This document shows, one piece after another, positions 1 through 11,951 of a stretch of 64,000 nt of DNA. The DNA is from Paraphysomonas bandaiensis (lineage: Eukaryota; Protista; Chrysophyceae), in the NCBI GenBank assembly GCA_965644295.1, contig CBFFRP010000354.1, positions 62,001-126,000 of the forward strand, in the 5' to 3' direction. Every line of letters begins with the position of its first letter. Position 1 is the first letter of the stretch. Made by a program: the position numbers and the translations under genes. The notes beneath the pieces were generated by a model. The model was not told the DNA's origin. It did no database searches and saw only the letters and a program-made list of their open reading frames with translations.

Positions 1-676
1 TGGTTTGCAAATGCGTTGCAAGTATGCTGCCGATACTGTTCATGCAGCAGTTGACTGTAGTAGCGAAGGAACACATAATTCACGTCGCCGAAATTGTAGT
101 GATGATATAACTACCGCAAACTCTGTGCCAATATTAGACCAGAGTATCAGTGTGAGAGATATAGAAAAGCCCATTTCTTATTCTCATCGCAGACAGTCCA
201 CCAGTGGTACACATAAAATTAATCCAGGTGTGCAGTCTCACCTGTTTTAGAGGAATATTTTATTTTTCTGTCAGGAAGACGACCTTCAAGACACCCGAAC
301 AGGAGAGTATCTATAGGTGAGAAGAGTGGTCGTAGTCATGCGCTGTTTTATATATGTGCCAAACATTAGGTATAACTTCTGACCCCGTTGACTCTCAGAG
401 TATGATATCCTTTTGGTCAGCCTCTGGCACAGGTATTTTTCACTTTTGTATATGCCAAACTTACAATAACACCTTTCAGAACGGCTGATGTCCGACATGT
501 CCAACAAATACGGAGACGATGCCGCAACATATGCTACGGTTATGCAATTGCAGTTAAACGAGGCGAACAGACTCCTTGTAGAGGAAAGAGAGCGCAATGA
601 AGCGCTGGCAAAGAACTTGAAAGAACTGAAAAAAGAACTAGAAGTATTAACACGAAACTTATCGTTAACAGATTGA
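1..676 (+). CDS. 3' part of a spliced hypothetical gene with a C-terminal coiled coil (5' end outside window)
   Basis: ORF 5..250 links through GT-AG introns to ...GITSDPVDSQSMISFWSASGT/ERLMSDMSNKYG... and ORF 488..676 (QLNEANRLLVEERERNEALAKNLKELKKELEVL, heptad pattern). Confidence 0.6.
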
Positions 677-990
677 CTATTTATCTAAGATTGCTAAGCT
701 CTAAGATTATGGTTTATGTATATGCAATAAACCAAGTAGAGTAACTTTCATATGCTGTGAGTTGCTGGTGCATAGTAGTGCCTCAGGGTGAAGTATTTTT
801 GTTGTAGCCATTAATACCTCTTTAAATGAATAAATTCTTGTTAAAATTTCTTTAACGCTTTCGAGACACTACTACATAGTTGAGGCATAAAAAGAAAAGT
901 AACCAGATCCATCATATTAGCATAATATTTTAGATTACAATTGTTCATACAGAGTACGGCACACACACATCAAAGACTTCAAATATATTA

Positions 991-3927
991 TCATTTAAAT
1001 TTACCAACTGTTAATATGGATTTCAGTTTCGACCAACTCGGCCGTCTTCCATTCTGCGATCCATGTCGATTTCTCTTTCCCCGCGCCTTCGCATTTCGAC
1101 CTTCTGCTTTAATATCCACTTCATTTTCCCGTTGATTGTCATCAGCAAGTGGTTCTGATGAATTACCAGGACCATCAGAATTCGTTGTAACCCCACGCAC
1201 TTCACACTCGTGACCATCACCTGTACAATGAAATAAAATTGTTAACACAGTTCACAGCAATTCGAAAATAATTATTTACTAAAAGTAGTAGCATCACATA
1301 ACCAGATGTATGAGGAAGGAACCTGTTTCAGAGTTATTGTCTATTCCGTATCGCGAATCCATTGACCTAAAATTATCAGGATAGTTCTGATCCGACAGTT
1401 GCTCATCTGTCTCATGATTTCGGCCATTTGCTCCTGATGAAACCATGTTATTCCACTCTACTGTACCGCCAGAGTCGCTCCGCGTACGCACATTGCTGTC
1501 TTCGCGGTTTCTGTCATACTGCTCACGCAGTTTAATGATGCATTCGCAGTCCCTATACACATGATTTTACTAGTTATCATGACTGCTATGTACGGGTCAT
1601 ATATCTATCCCGGCTACTGCCATATTAACAATGCCACGGCTACCTGTAGTCATCCTCTGACTGTGGTTCAGCGCCAGGGGGGTACAGACCTAGGGGGCAT
1701 AGCCAGGAGCTATCTCCAAGCAGCTCATTATAGTGATATGGATACCTATGAGGATTATATATATTACAACAACACGAGATGTGCCTAAGCACCAGTTTCA
1801 TTCCCAATATTACGCTAGCACACTGATACGTAGCAGTATACAGACACCTACCCGTCTTCAGTGGTATACACCACCCACGACTGTCGGACCCTATCCTGCA
1901 TCTCGTGGTCTGATAAATCACTAAGCTGAGAGTCGGCTCTCTGAAGACGAGAGTCATTTTTCTGGCCTACATTTTCTTTAGCAGTAACGCCACCAAAAGT
2001 GTCGTACATATCTCCTGTCTGACACTCATATATTCCCGCCTCTGGATATCCATTAGAATTGGAGGAAGCATCATCGAATGCGTTCATAAATGATCCTAGA
2101 TCAGTTCGCAGAACCGCACGGCGTGACGTCTTTTCTGTGTCAACAACGGCATTTGGCTCACGGTGTGAAGAAGAAGTATTAGAAGAAATAAACGCAGGAA
2201 GAGATACTTGTCCACCACCATCAGAAACATCAGGAACAGATGGTCGCCCATAATTACCCAAAGCATCAATTTTTTCATTGCTGTCTTTTGGCTCATGGTG
2301 TGAAGAAGACATATTAGAAGAAGTAGTAGGAAGAGATACTTGTCCACCACCATCAGAAACATCAGGAACAGATGGTCGTCCATAATTACCAGAAGCATCA
2401 AGAATTTCATTGCTGCCTTGATTGATGCGTTCACCCGAATCCATGCAACCATTTTGTACCGGGTCGTTATCAACAGTTTTCATTGGGCCTGGACAAATTT
2501 ATCAAAAGTTCTCACAACATACCTACAACAGGATACTCACCGTCCGGAACTTCAGATAAACTGGGTAAATCAACTACAGTGTCGTATGGCTCATTGCTAT
2601 TAGTACCATCGTCACTATTCCATTCGCTCAAATCAATGAAATCGGACACCAATACATCTCCATTTCCCTGCTCAAACCTTTCATCACATCGATCATCACA
2701 TTCACGAATTTCAAAATACTCGGCGTTTTCCAACTCTTCTGAATTTGTACTTAAATATACTCTGTGAATGCCAGCACTACTATCTTTATTTTCACTAATT
2801 ATCCTGTCTCTGTCTAATTCGTGATTTCGTTGAGTGTGACTCTGGGACACATCAGGATTATGCTGGGTGTGATGCTGGGACATATCAGGTTTTTTCTCAG
2901 TATGACTTTGGGACACATCATTGCTGTAGCCCTGCTCCTTTCGAATATCTCTGTTCCCAGTGAAACTGCTACGCTGAGTAGATAAGGAATAGTTTACGGC
3001 CTGGGAGACATTATATCGTTGTCCGACAGTAATATCCTGAGATGGGTAGCCATATATGGCAGTACGAGGCTGTTTGGGGACATCGGGGACAGAACCTGAT
3101 CGAAACCGATATTCTGATTGCTGTGTCAGAGGTGGATTGGAGAAGGATCCTTCATTCGAACTAGACACACTATTGCCCATATCTCTCAAACCTTTCGCAC
3201 AAAGAGAGTCTACTTTCCCTTTACGTGGGGGTTTATCATCTTTGGACAGACACTTAACAAAATGTGGGGTATGCAGCCCTGTTGGCAACGAATCGCAACT
3301 GCCGATGCTATGGGACGGGGACAAAAGGTGATCTGCACTATAGATATCTTTATTCTGATACGAATGAGATCGATACTGGTCAAACAGCGACTTGTTGTAG
3401 CTGCTCTTATTTTCAAGGCTGTGGGGACCTTTGGCTGAAAGATCAAAGCTCTTGGTTTCGAAATCGACAGGACTAACTGATGCTTGACTAATACCATCAT
3501 ATATACTTCTCTTTGTTGTATTACTATTCAACATAGAATGAGGAGTCGATGAAACATATCCCATATATTGATTCTGTGTATTCGGCTCAATCCGGCTGTT
3601 CTCTCTTCCAGTATGATACGACTGAATTGGAACAGAATTTTCAGATTTTTTACGTAAAGGAAACAATGATACTGGTGCTGTTTCATAATCACGTAATTGT
3701 TGTAATTTCTTTTCAATTGTATCTTCACGATATTCTAATAATTTTAATAATTCAACTTTTAAACAATGAGGAAAATTCCATATATTGGCATCATCTTTTA
3801 AAGCTGCTTGTAAATCATCAGTGGTCACAATGTACTCCTCTGCAAGATAATCATTAAATCCATCATAAAGATCAATAGCATTTAAATTTTGTAATGCATG
3901 AAGTAATATGGATTTAATTTCTGTCAT
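991..3927 (-). CDS. Multi-exon hypothetical, largely low-complexity protein (small helical N-terminal domain, Ser/Asp-rich tail)
   Basis: Consecutive minus-strand ORFs 2512..3927 (471 aa), 1848..2483, 1294..1560 and 991..1248, separated by ~50-nt gaps with splice signals; no recognisable family motif. Confidence 0.6.
2152..2401. repeat. Internal coding tandem duplication (~135-bp period, 2 copies)
   Basis: 2152-2269 vs 2287-2401; encodes GNYGRPSVPDVSDGGGQVSLP twice. Confidence 0.9.
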
Positions 3928-3957
3928 TATGTATGTATGTATGTATGTATGTATGTA
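3928..3957. repeat. (TATG)n microsatellite abutting the start codon of the minus-strand gene
   Basis: tatgtatgtatg... seen directly. Confidence 0.95.
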
Positions 3958-4380
3958 GTTAGATGATCATGATGATCTCTTATAACCGTTAAATGAATGA
4001 AAGTGTATATGAATACATGCTTTATATGAATATAAGATTATATAAGTATGATATGAATGATGAGATGTGTATGTATGTATATGATATGATGATATTTAAT
4101 AGTGTGATGGACTGTATGTACGTATGTATGTATGTATGTATGTAGGAGAATTAACGGGCTTTTAATACTATCGAAGTTCAAATATACGAACAATAGAAGG
4201 AAGTATACGTTCGTACAGACCTGTCTGTCATACTGCTGCTGTATATGTATGTACGAATTGTACATATGTGAGGTATGTATACGACATTGTGTATACCATA
4301 TATTAGATACATATACACAGTACTACAAACAGCTATATTATAGAGCATATACAGCAGGTGTGTATATGCTCGCTGTGCAG

Positions 4381-4425
4381 TATACGGTATACCAGTGTAC
4401 GGTATACCAGTATACGGTATACCAG
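4381..4425. repeat. 15-bp minisatellite x3 (tatacggtataccag)
   Basis: tatacggtataccag tgtacggtataccag tatacggtataccag. Confidence 0.9.
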
Positions 4426-4629
4426 GCTGTCGTTATCAGTTGGACGCCTAATATATGTTTCGTATATGTAAGCACTGTGAGATAGATTTGCATACTATAC
4501 AATAAGATAGACGTTAATTCTGTGTATTTCACAACACTCCACTATCAAACTAAAGATACATCATGCATTTCATTGCATTCAGCATTGCTACCTACTCGTA
4601 TATTATCTAACTATATCGATAACTGCATA

Positions 4630-7600
4630 ATGCCGCCTATAGCTGCACTGGTGCTGTGGATGCTGCTCTCTGCAGGATATGCTGCACCTCACATGGATTT
4701 CTGCTACCCCCCGCTATGCAATATGGAAACAGGATGTATGTATTTATCGTATATGGCCATACATGACAGTGTTTGTGTAGATTATATTAGCAGCACGCAA
4801 AGTACCCGCCTTTTCTATCCTGATTATAGTGATGAATCCACGGTTGGCTGCAATGCTTTTATAGTAATCTTTTATATTGATCCGCCAATAGATGTGCTTA
4901 TCAGTGAGAGCTGTGGGAAATGCGTCGGATTACTGCCTCCCTGTTCTTGATGGTTGGGTTGATATCCCCCTACCACTCTCTGGGGTTCAACGTATCGTTT
5001 TCGAACCGGAAGAGATGGAACGAATATTTTTTATATATACCGTAAGTTTCATGGCACTTCGTGTATGCTAGATAATCTTCAGTTCATAGAAAAGTGATTT
5101 ACCTGTGTCTGATGCATGGAGTGTGTTTACCTATCCATCCTTTGGAACTGTAACTACTACACGCCTAAAGCTGAACTTTCGATCCAACCCACCGATGCGG
5201 AAACATGGTAGCGACATCATTCTATCTTTTCCCTTTTAATTTGTTGTAGTGTCTAGCTTAGGTGTCAATCTTGTCGGCATTAGAGAGATGGTATGTCATA
5301 TTTTGTGTATGTATACTTATGTGAGCTGTTGAACAACTGTATGCAGAACTTTCCCTCCACCTTTACTGACCTCGACTCAGTGGGACATCAAACCATAGAG
5401 CCAGGTACAGAAGAATTTATGCAGCTGATTATATAACATAATTGTTTTGGAAGGGAGCTACTTTATTCAAATATATCCAGCGGATAATCCGTATCTTACT
5501 AGTCACGCATTGACGAATCACGGTAAGAGGATGCTACTTCTGTGAAGCATTGTTTACCTTGCAGTTAGGGTATATTGAATTTGTCCTCCCACCAGCAGAA
5601 ATAGCACAGAACAGAAGGTTTCATACCCCTACAGAGACAAGGAGCTCTGGCACAAACATATATGAGTTAGATGTGGGGAAAAAGAAAAGGGTATGCATAT
5701 GGGGATCTGATGTGATGGACGGTCAGAAGAGCATATGGCTGCAGCAGATGAAACATATGGACCAGGTATGGTCCCTTATTTCTGCACAGTGGGGCATTTT
5801 AATCTTATGTTAATGATGTTTACAGGACCAGTTTGAGTTCACGTACCTGTTATCCCGCGGAGACCCTCCAGGCGATGACGAAGAGGTTGTGATAGCGGAA
5901 ATTATGGGCACGCAAGTAACCTTGAGAGCGGGAGGAATGACTTTGAAAGTGCATCAATTGGGCAATGTTAGAATATCGATGAACCCCTTTGATGGGCTCC
6001 CGCTTAATGTTGACAATTTCAAAGTATGTTCCTGCTGTATATTCGATTTTCAGTGGCATTGATGGATTTCGTGTGAAGGAAATGCCATCTGATGGCGGGA
6101 AACCTCTGTCTGAGGTATGGGATGGAACGGAAGTTGGGTGTGCTGCCTACGTGATCGAGAGACTTGACGCTGCTGAGGGAAACATAATGAATGTAAGTAT
6201 TTTCTGATATGTAAGTCGATTAATTTATACCAACGAATTTGTATAGGTTTCCCCGACATGGTGTAAAGATTTCCTTAATACGGCAGTATTAAAACTTCAT
6301 GACGAGAATTGCGATTTGATAGCCTATGGTGCGTGCATTTGCGACACTTCCGTCATCTGTGCATTAAGTTTTGCCACCTAGGGAACAACAGAGGACACAC
6401 ATCTGATCTACTTTTAGTCTCTCTGGCTAAGTGAGAGTATTCGTGCACTCATTTTGTCACTGACATTACTTCATGCAGAAGGATGCGAATTCCTATTGTT
6501 GGAGAATTACTAAATTTATTTGTTAGTGAAAGTACGTATAGTAATTGTATGCTGAAAGGTGTATTTGAAGCATAAATGTTTTATGTGTACGCTTAAGTCA
6601 AGTGTGCATCACTAAACAATTATGAACATGTAGAAGTTGTCCCCGATGTTTTGGTGGCTCCTTCCCACTACGCTGCAGAGCACCCATCAGTACTGGAAGC
6701 TTTGGTGAGTTCGATATGGTATCATTGTATTTCTTTATGTACGCCGTAGGAAGCAAACAATCGTTATGCTGATCCGAGATACCCTCCTGTAGTTGTCATT
6801 TCGCCAGGTAATGAGATAATATTGCGCTACACGCAGCAATGAGGTGTGAACTGTCTCAGGCATCAGTCCGAAACAACTGATTCGTCCTACTGTCGACCAC
6901 CTGATTATACGCTTTCATCAACAGGTTTGTGGATATGCATGTCTCTCATTGTTAAGTTCGCCTTGTAGCCCGCCTTCGTGATTGGGTATATGGGCCGGCT
7001 TGCAATAGAAAAGAACGTAGCACTCTTTATTCTTGCAGCACATGCTCTCCTACAGAAGTGCCCTTTTTGTCGGTTTGTTATTATTGGAAATGGGGAACTC
7101 ACACCGTATCTGGAGGATCTTTGTGAGAGACTGCAAATAAGGTGGGCGGTTCATTTTACTGGTAAGTATGTGTCTTTTCGCTCGTCCCTACTGATTATGT
7201 ATTTACTGATTAGGCTGGATAAGCAGCGATGTGATGCCGAGAGGTTGACCTTCTGTAATAAATGATATTGTCTAATAGCATTTTTAGTATGGCCTGGTAT
7301 TGACGTACTCGTGAATCCATCTCTTCGGGCCTGGTCAGAAACATTTTGCATCGTTAATATAGAGGCGATGGGGATGAAAGTTCCGCTAGTTACTTTTGGC
7401 GTCGGAGGTCAGTGCTATGGCAGCAGCATCAAGTTTCTTGAGAGTGATGTATGCTTAAATGTAGGGATTGGAGAATATGTTGTAGATCCTGGCGTCGAGA
7501 TTGTTCATGACCAAGATACCAATGACATTCCGTTGTATTCTATTGGTTCTAATGCGATCATTGTAAATGTTGCCACTCCGCAAGCTATTGCGGCTGCAGT

Positions 7601-7736
7601 TCATCTTCTTATGGAAGACTCGGAGCTGAGGAGCCGCATCGGAATAGCAGGATACAATACTGTAAGGAGCTACTTCACAACATCCAGACAGATGAAAGAG
7701 TATGAGAATTTGTATCATAGACTAACTAGAGACTGA
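4630..7736 (+). CDS. Multi-exon GT-B glycosyltransferase (GT4 / Glycos_transf_1) with N-terminal signal peptide
   Basis: Hydrophobic MPPIAALVLWMLLSAGYA start; IGYMGRLAIEKNVALFI, FVIIGNGEL, SETFCIVNIEAMGMKVPLV (E-x7-E motif) and LMEDSELRSRIGIAG are typical GT4 C-terminal domain motifs. Confidence 0.8.
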
Positions 7737-8082
7737 GAAATAGCAAGTAATAAGTATTTATTATTAACCTTTGAATAAACTTGCACGTATAAGATATTTT
7801 GTGCCATGTGCAAGGACTAGGAATATCTATTGCAAATTTATGTGCTCACCAATATAGCTATAGTGAGAGGTTAGAGTATATTCTGTTAACAGCTTCAGAC
7901 TGCATGGAGAATGAAACATGGAGTTAATAATTTACTCCTCAATATGTTTACAACTTCTTTGCTGTACTCTAAGATTAAAGTAGTCGGGACTACTTCTAGT
8001 TTAGTACTGGGAAGTTATTTTGAGCATTTTATTATAAAGCGTTACAATCAAGTTCACAAAATATATACATCATATTCTTTAT

Positions 8083-8450
8083 TCAAGCAGTATCCACTCT
8101 CCATTCACTCTCATCAAAATCATCTTCAAAGTCTACAAATGAATTGGTAAGCTATTGATGATTATGGGCAGTGTACTTACTCTTATAGAAATCATTATGG
8201 ACAACACCTTCCTTGTCACCGATATCCATAGATCCCTTTCATATAATTATATCATATGAATGATAATTATAGTTATGTTAAATACCTTGATACGGTCAAT
8301 GTTTACAGGTTTAGTGTCAGATGTGTCACTTGAGCGCATATATCCAGACCCTGATCACACTAGTGAGATGATGCTTAAATAAATGGTTAAAGATAATGTA
8401 CCTCTCTTATGCATATCACGTGATAAACCACTACTTTTAGCTGATTTCAT
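8083..8450 (-). CDS. COPS9: COP9 signalosome subunit 9 (CSNAP/MYEOV2)-like microprotein, 4 exons, ~72 aa
   Basis: Manual splice gives MKSAKSSGLSRDMHKRGSGYMRSSDTSDTKPVNIDRIKGSMDIGDKEGVVHNDFYKNFEDDFDESEWRVDTA*, with three GT-AG introns in frame. C-terminal VHNDFYKNFEDDFDE resembles the CSN9 motif VHADFFNDFEDLFDD. Confidence 0.75.
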
Positions 8451-8863
8451 AATTGTTGTTCTTAAGAGATTATAGATATATGTATATATATGTGTGTTTG
8501 TTAATAGAGTCACTGTGTACTGTGCAACACATACGTCGTAGTTACAGTCAGGACATGTAAATTCCCACCTTATATATATGCGGTTTTTGTGTAAATTTAA
8601 TTTTCACACCACAGTTTGTACGTGTTTTTGTATCATATTTTCCAATTTCTACATCTTTCACATCTATCCAATAATCATTCCTTTATTAAATTTGATTGGT
8701 CATAGTTGAATAGGAACACCTTCTACAAGCACGTTGTTCCATAGCATAGCTTTGAGAAGTGGGATATGCAGTGCGATTCTATCTATATATATATGAGTAT
8801 CCAACACATACTTCTGCCTACTAGAAACTTCATCCTTGTGATCTATAACTGTGTCCTTATCAT

Positions 8864-9398
8864 ATGATGATAAAGCTCATTACCGTACTCTTCTGCTTTG
8901 CTGCTGCTACAGCCACCAAAGGTTTTAGTATAAATGTCTGGAAAATTAATCCGCTGTAATATTATAATATAGAATTCAACGTTTCTTCATCATCATGTGG
9001 AGGAAACTGTCCTGAAGGTTGTTCCACATGTCCATGTGGATCTACACAGGACCAACAGAGTATTGCGTTTTGGTGTGCGCAGTATTCTTGGAATGCAGCG
9101 AATTGCGAGTGCATCATGAAGCACGAGAGCGGTGGAAATGCTAATGCAATGTATCAAAACAATGATGGATCGTATGATGTCGGCCTTTGGCAGATTAAAC
9201 AGCAGTACTGGTCTACGTGCACTTCTGGGGGTCAAGCTCCATGTGACCCACAATATAACTATCTCTGCGGTAATGAAGAATATCCATTATAGCTTGTGCT
9301 TATATTAAATCGCAGCTACTCAATACTATAAACGAGGCGGTAACACTTGGAAAATGTGGTCTTCATGCTCTATTTGCGGTTGCTGCGATAGCGCCTAA
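8864..9398 (+). CDS. Secreted Cys-rich lysozyme-like protein (c-type/SLT lysozyme fold), 3 exons
   Basis: Signal peptide MMIKLITVLFCFAAATA; CECIMKHESGGNANAMYQNNDGSYDVGLWQIK (catalytic Glu in HES, DGSxDxGLWQI motif); ends GGNTWKMWSSCSICGCCDSA* at TAA 9396-9398. Confidence 0.85.
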
Positions 9399-9559
9399 GT
9401 AGAGGTCGTGTCAATTGATATGTTGTGCTATCAACGTCTTCTCGTACTCTGATGTCTTTATTTGTAACTTGTTCTACACTTAAATTGTAATAAATTTTAT
9501 ATATAAATAATATAAAATAGGGATTTCTGTGTATGAGTGACTAGTATCTTTGATCTCCA

Positions 9560-11300
9560 ACTGATATATCTAAGGGGTTTCTGCTTGGTGTGGAAACGTG
9601 TAAACATACTTGCTTTTTGTTGTCACAGATTAAGATTAAATAGGTTCAACGTCCAAAGTATATAAGCTGGTTATATCCTTCAGAAAACGATACATGAGAA
9701 TATCATCTAAGGCGGACATATTAATACTGGAATTCCAAAATACTGGTACTAAATCAGGCTGCATAACAATATATCAATTAATTGAATTGCATGGGATATA
9801 TAGTACGTGGTATTAGCAATTTTATTGCTCGCTGTAAGGTTGCAATTAATTAGTAATCATTTATTATAAAGACATATTAGAATTAGGACTTGGAAAACAT
9901 TAATGACGATGGTCATTTATTTCACTTAACGGCCTCACCCTTAGTAGCTATTAGCTATTATAATAGCTATTGAAATGGTGGGAGCGTTGGCCTCTCATTA
10001 TAAATTTCTTTACATTTGAAAGGTTCTGTTTCTTTTTACGTACTAAATCCACAGAATTTTTTGTTTTCATTAGCCTCAATACGCAATTAGAAATACTTGG
10101 TAATAATAAACTATGTATTGTATGAGCTTATTTATCCCTTCTCTCTGTATACAATCTACACCGCAAGACCGCAATATCAATCAGTGCGTAAAAGTTTACA
10201 GACTGTATTACACTTGAGGCCAATTTATTCAATAGATAAAAGCCACTACAGTCAAGTCGACTCAAACAATTAAATGCCACGCTTACCACGTTTTATACTA
10301 ATGAAGGCATGGATATACAATTTTCCCTTTCACTTCTCATCACCCTTCCACTTCGTTTAGCATACCCGGATCAATTAGAACCAAATATAATGTAATGACC
10401 TGAAATAACTCTGAGGCCAGAACCAAATACATAGTGAACAAAAGGGTAACCTTCATGTCCTTGTACGTCATTCCTTCGAATTCTCCCAAAAATGTACCGC
10501 AGTGACCAGTACATACCCCATTGTTGGATAGCTCCGCCACGGTCCGCCCGTGATGGTCAGAAATCTAAGACCAAAACAATCAACGGACCACTACTACAAC
10601 CACGATCGGCCAAAGAACAAACAACATACCGTGGCAATCCCCATATCCAGCTTGCCCGCTACTTCATCAACTGAATCTTCAACAATACACTCATTTCCCA
10701 TTTGGGACAAACATCCTAAGTACTCCTCTTGTCTACTCAATTAGAGAGCTAGGTAAGAACAAAAACTACGAATCGAGCAGAAAACATACGCTGATCCAGC
10801 CTCATTAGATTCCATATTGATGTAACCTAGCAATGACTATAGTTATCATGAGTTCCAGAAAATCATATTTCCTCACCTATACAATTTCCGATGTTGTTAA
10901 AGCAGGATCCATCCTTGGAAATATATCCCCGATAGTTACTGAAAGAATCTATATTATAAAACGGCGAGGAACACAATATATATATATTACTTGAATCTGT
11001 CTTTTATATTTACAAAAATGTCGGCATCACTTGGTGGAGAATCCATAACCTCTCCTGTTTCGACTGGAATTTCTATTCATACAAATATAAGGTAAGTTAT
11101 GATTCAAGGGACAGCATTCAACCATGAGTTTCGGATACAGTTTCTACATCTTTAACCCTTGGTTTCATAGGTGGTGCAGTTGGTAGAAAAGCATAAGCAT
11201 TGAATGCTGGAACTGCTACTGATGCATTCCATGTCCCTCTGAATTTCCCCATTGAATATTTCTCTTCTGCCACCTTAACACCACTTGCTGCATTCTGCAT
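9560..11300 (-). pseudogene. Orphan multi-exon gene or degenerate gene, function unknown
   Basis: ATG ORF 11118..11300 followed by short exon-like segments with splice signals (e.g. 10340..10540); I could not build an uninterrupted model. Confidence 0.3.
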
Positions 11301-11400
11301 TTTATATGTTAATACTAATTTTGTAAAGTGAGCAATGTGTATAATCCTCAGTCAGGTTCCAGCTAATAATAATGATGTGAGTTATATCTTCCTGCAAAGA

Positions 11401-11533
11401 CGTATCGGCATCCTTTGTATATTTTTGCTAATATTGAGACAACAATTATCTGTATTCTAGCCGTAGTTGTATTTCAGTAATATAGAGGATTTTTGCTTCA
11501 ATTTATTCCCGAAAAATAAGATGCTGACTGCCG
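11401..11533 (+). repeat. Interspersed ~140-bp repeat family, copy 1 (internal deletion)
   Basis: cgtatcggcatcctttgtatatttttg...ctaatattgagacaacaattat...cgaaaaataagatgc shared with copies at 28169, 30814 (inverted) and 47859. Confidence 0.9.
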
Positions 11534-11642
11534 CTACATGGCTGCTCTGGCTGTATGCTGCTGTATGATGCTCTATAGAGCAGAGCTACTCCGCTTACAT
11601 ATGCAGTATATGTACACTGATATATGTAGGAATCGGATCATA

Positions 11643-11647
11643 GTATT
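11643..11647 (+). other. 5-bp target site duplication GTATT (partner at 16638-16642)
   Basis: ...catagtatt|cgcagag...ctctacg|gtattatg... Confidence 0.92.
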
Positions 11648-11935
11648 CGCAGAGAAAAATACGGTACTCGGTCGAATGTTACGGATGTTACAAATCAATA
11701 AACGGACGGAATACCCCCGTTGCTTTCACACAGTCTACACTACAGGTAGTCAAAGCAAGGTTCTCTTTATAGTTTACTACAGAACTTCTCAGTAAGAGGA
11801 AATTATGCCTCTATTCTACAGCCGTACACTACACACTGCATAATATAACACCATACACCTCTATGTGCCCTATGCATATCTTATACAGTCACTTCAAGTA
11901 CTAAACTGAAAAGAACATCCTCTCATTCCTCTACG
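11648..11935 (-). repeat. 3' LTR (288 bp)
   Basis: Matches 16350-16637 base for base by eye; element-strand termini 5'-CGTAGAG...CTCTGCG-3'. Confidence 0.95.
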
Positions 11936-11944
11936 CACCCCTGT
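11936..11944 (-). other. Putative short polypurine tract
   Basis: Element strand reads ...acaggggtg immediately before the 3' LTR, just after the pol stop codon. Confidence 0.55.
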
Positions 11945-11951
11945 GATGTGT

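Noticed and set aside
4038-4532. ORFs rich in Y/I/H/T/V/C
   Set aside because: Translations of TATG/TA-rich simple-sequence intergenic DNA.
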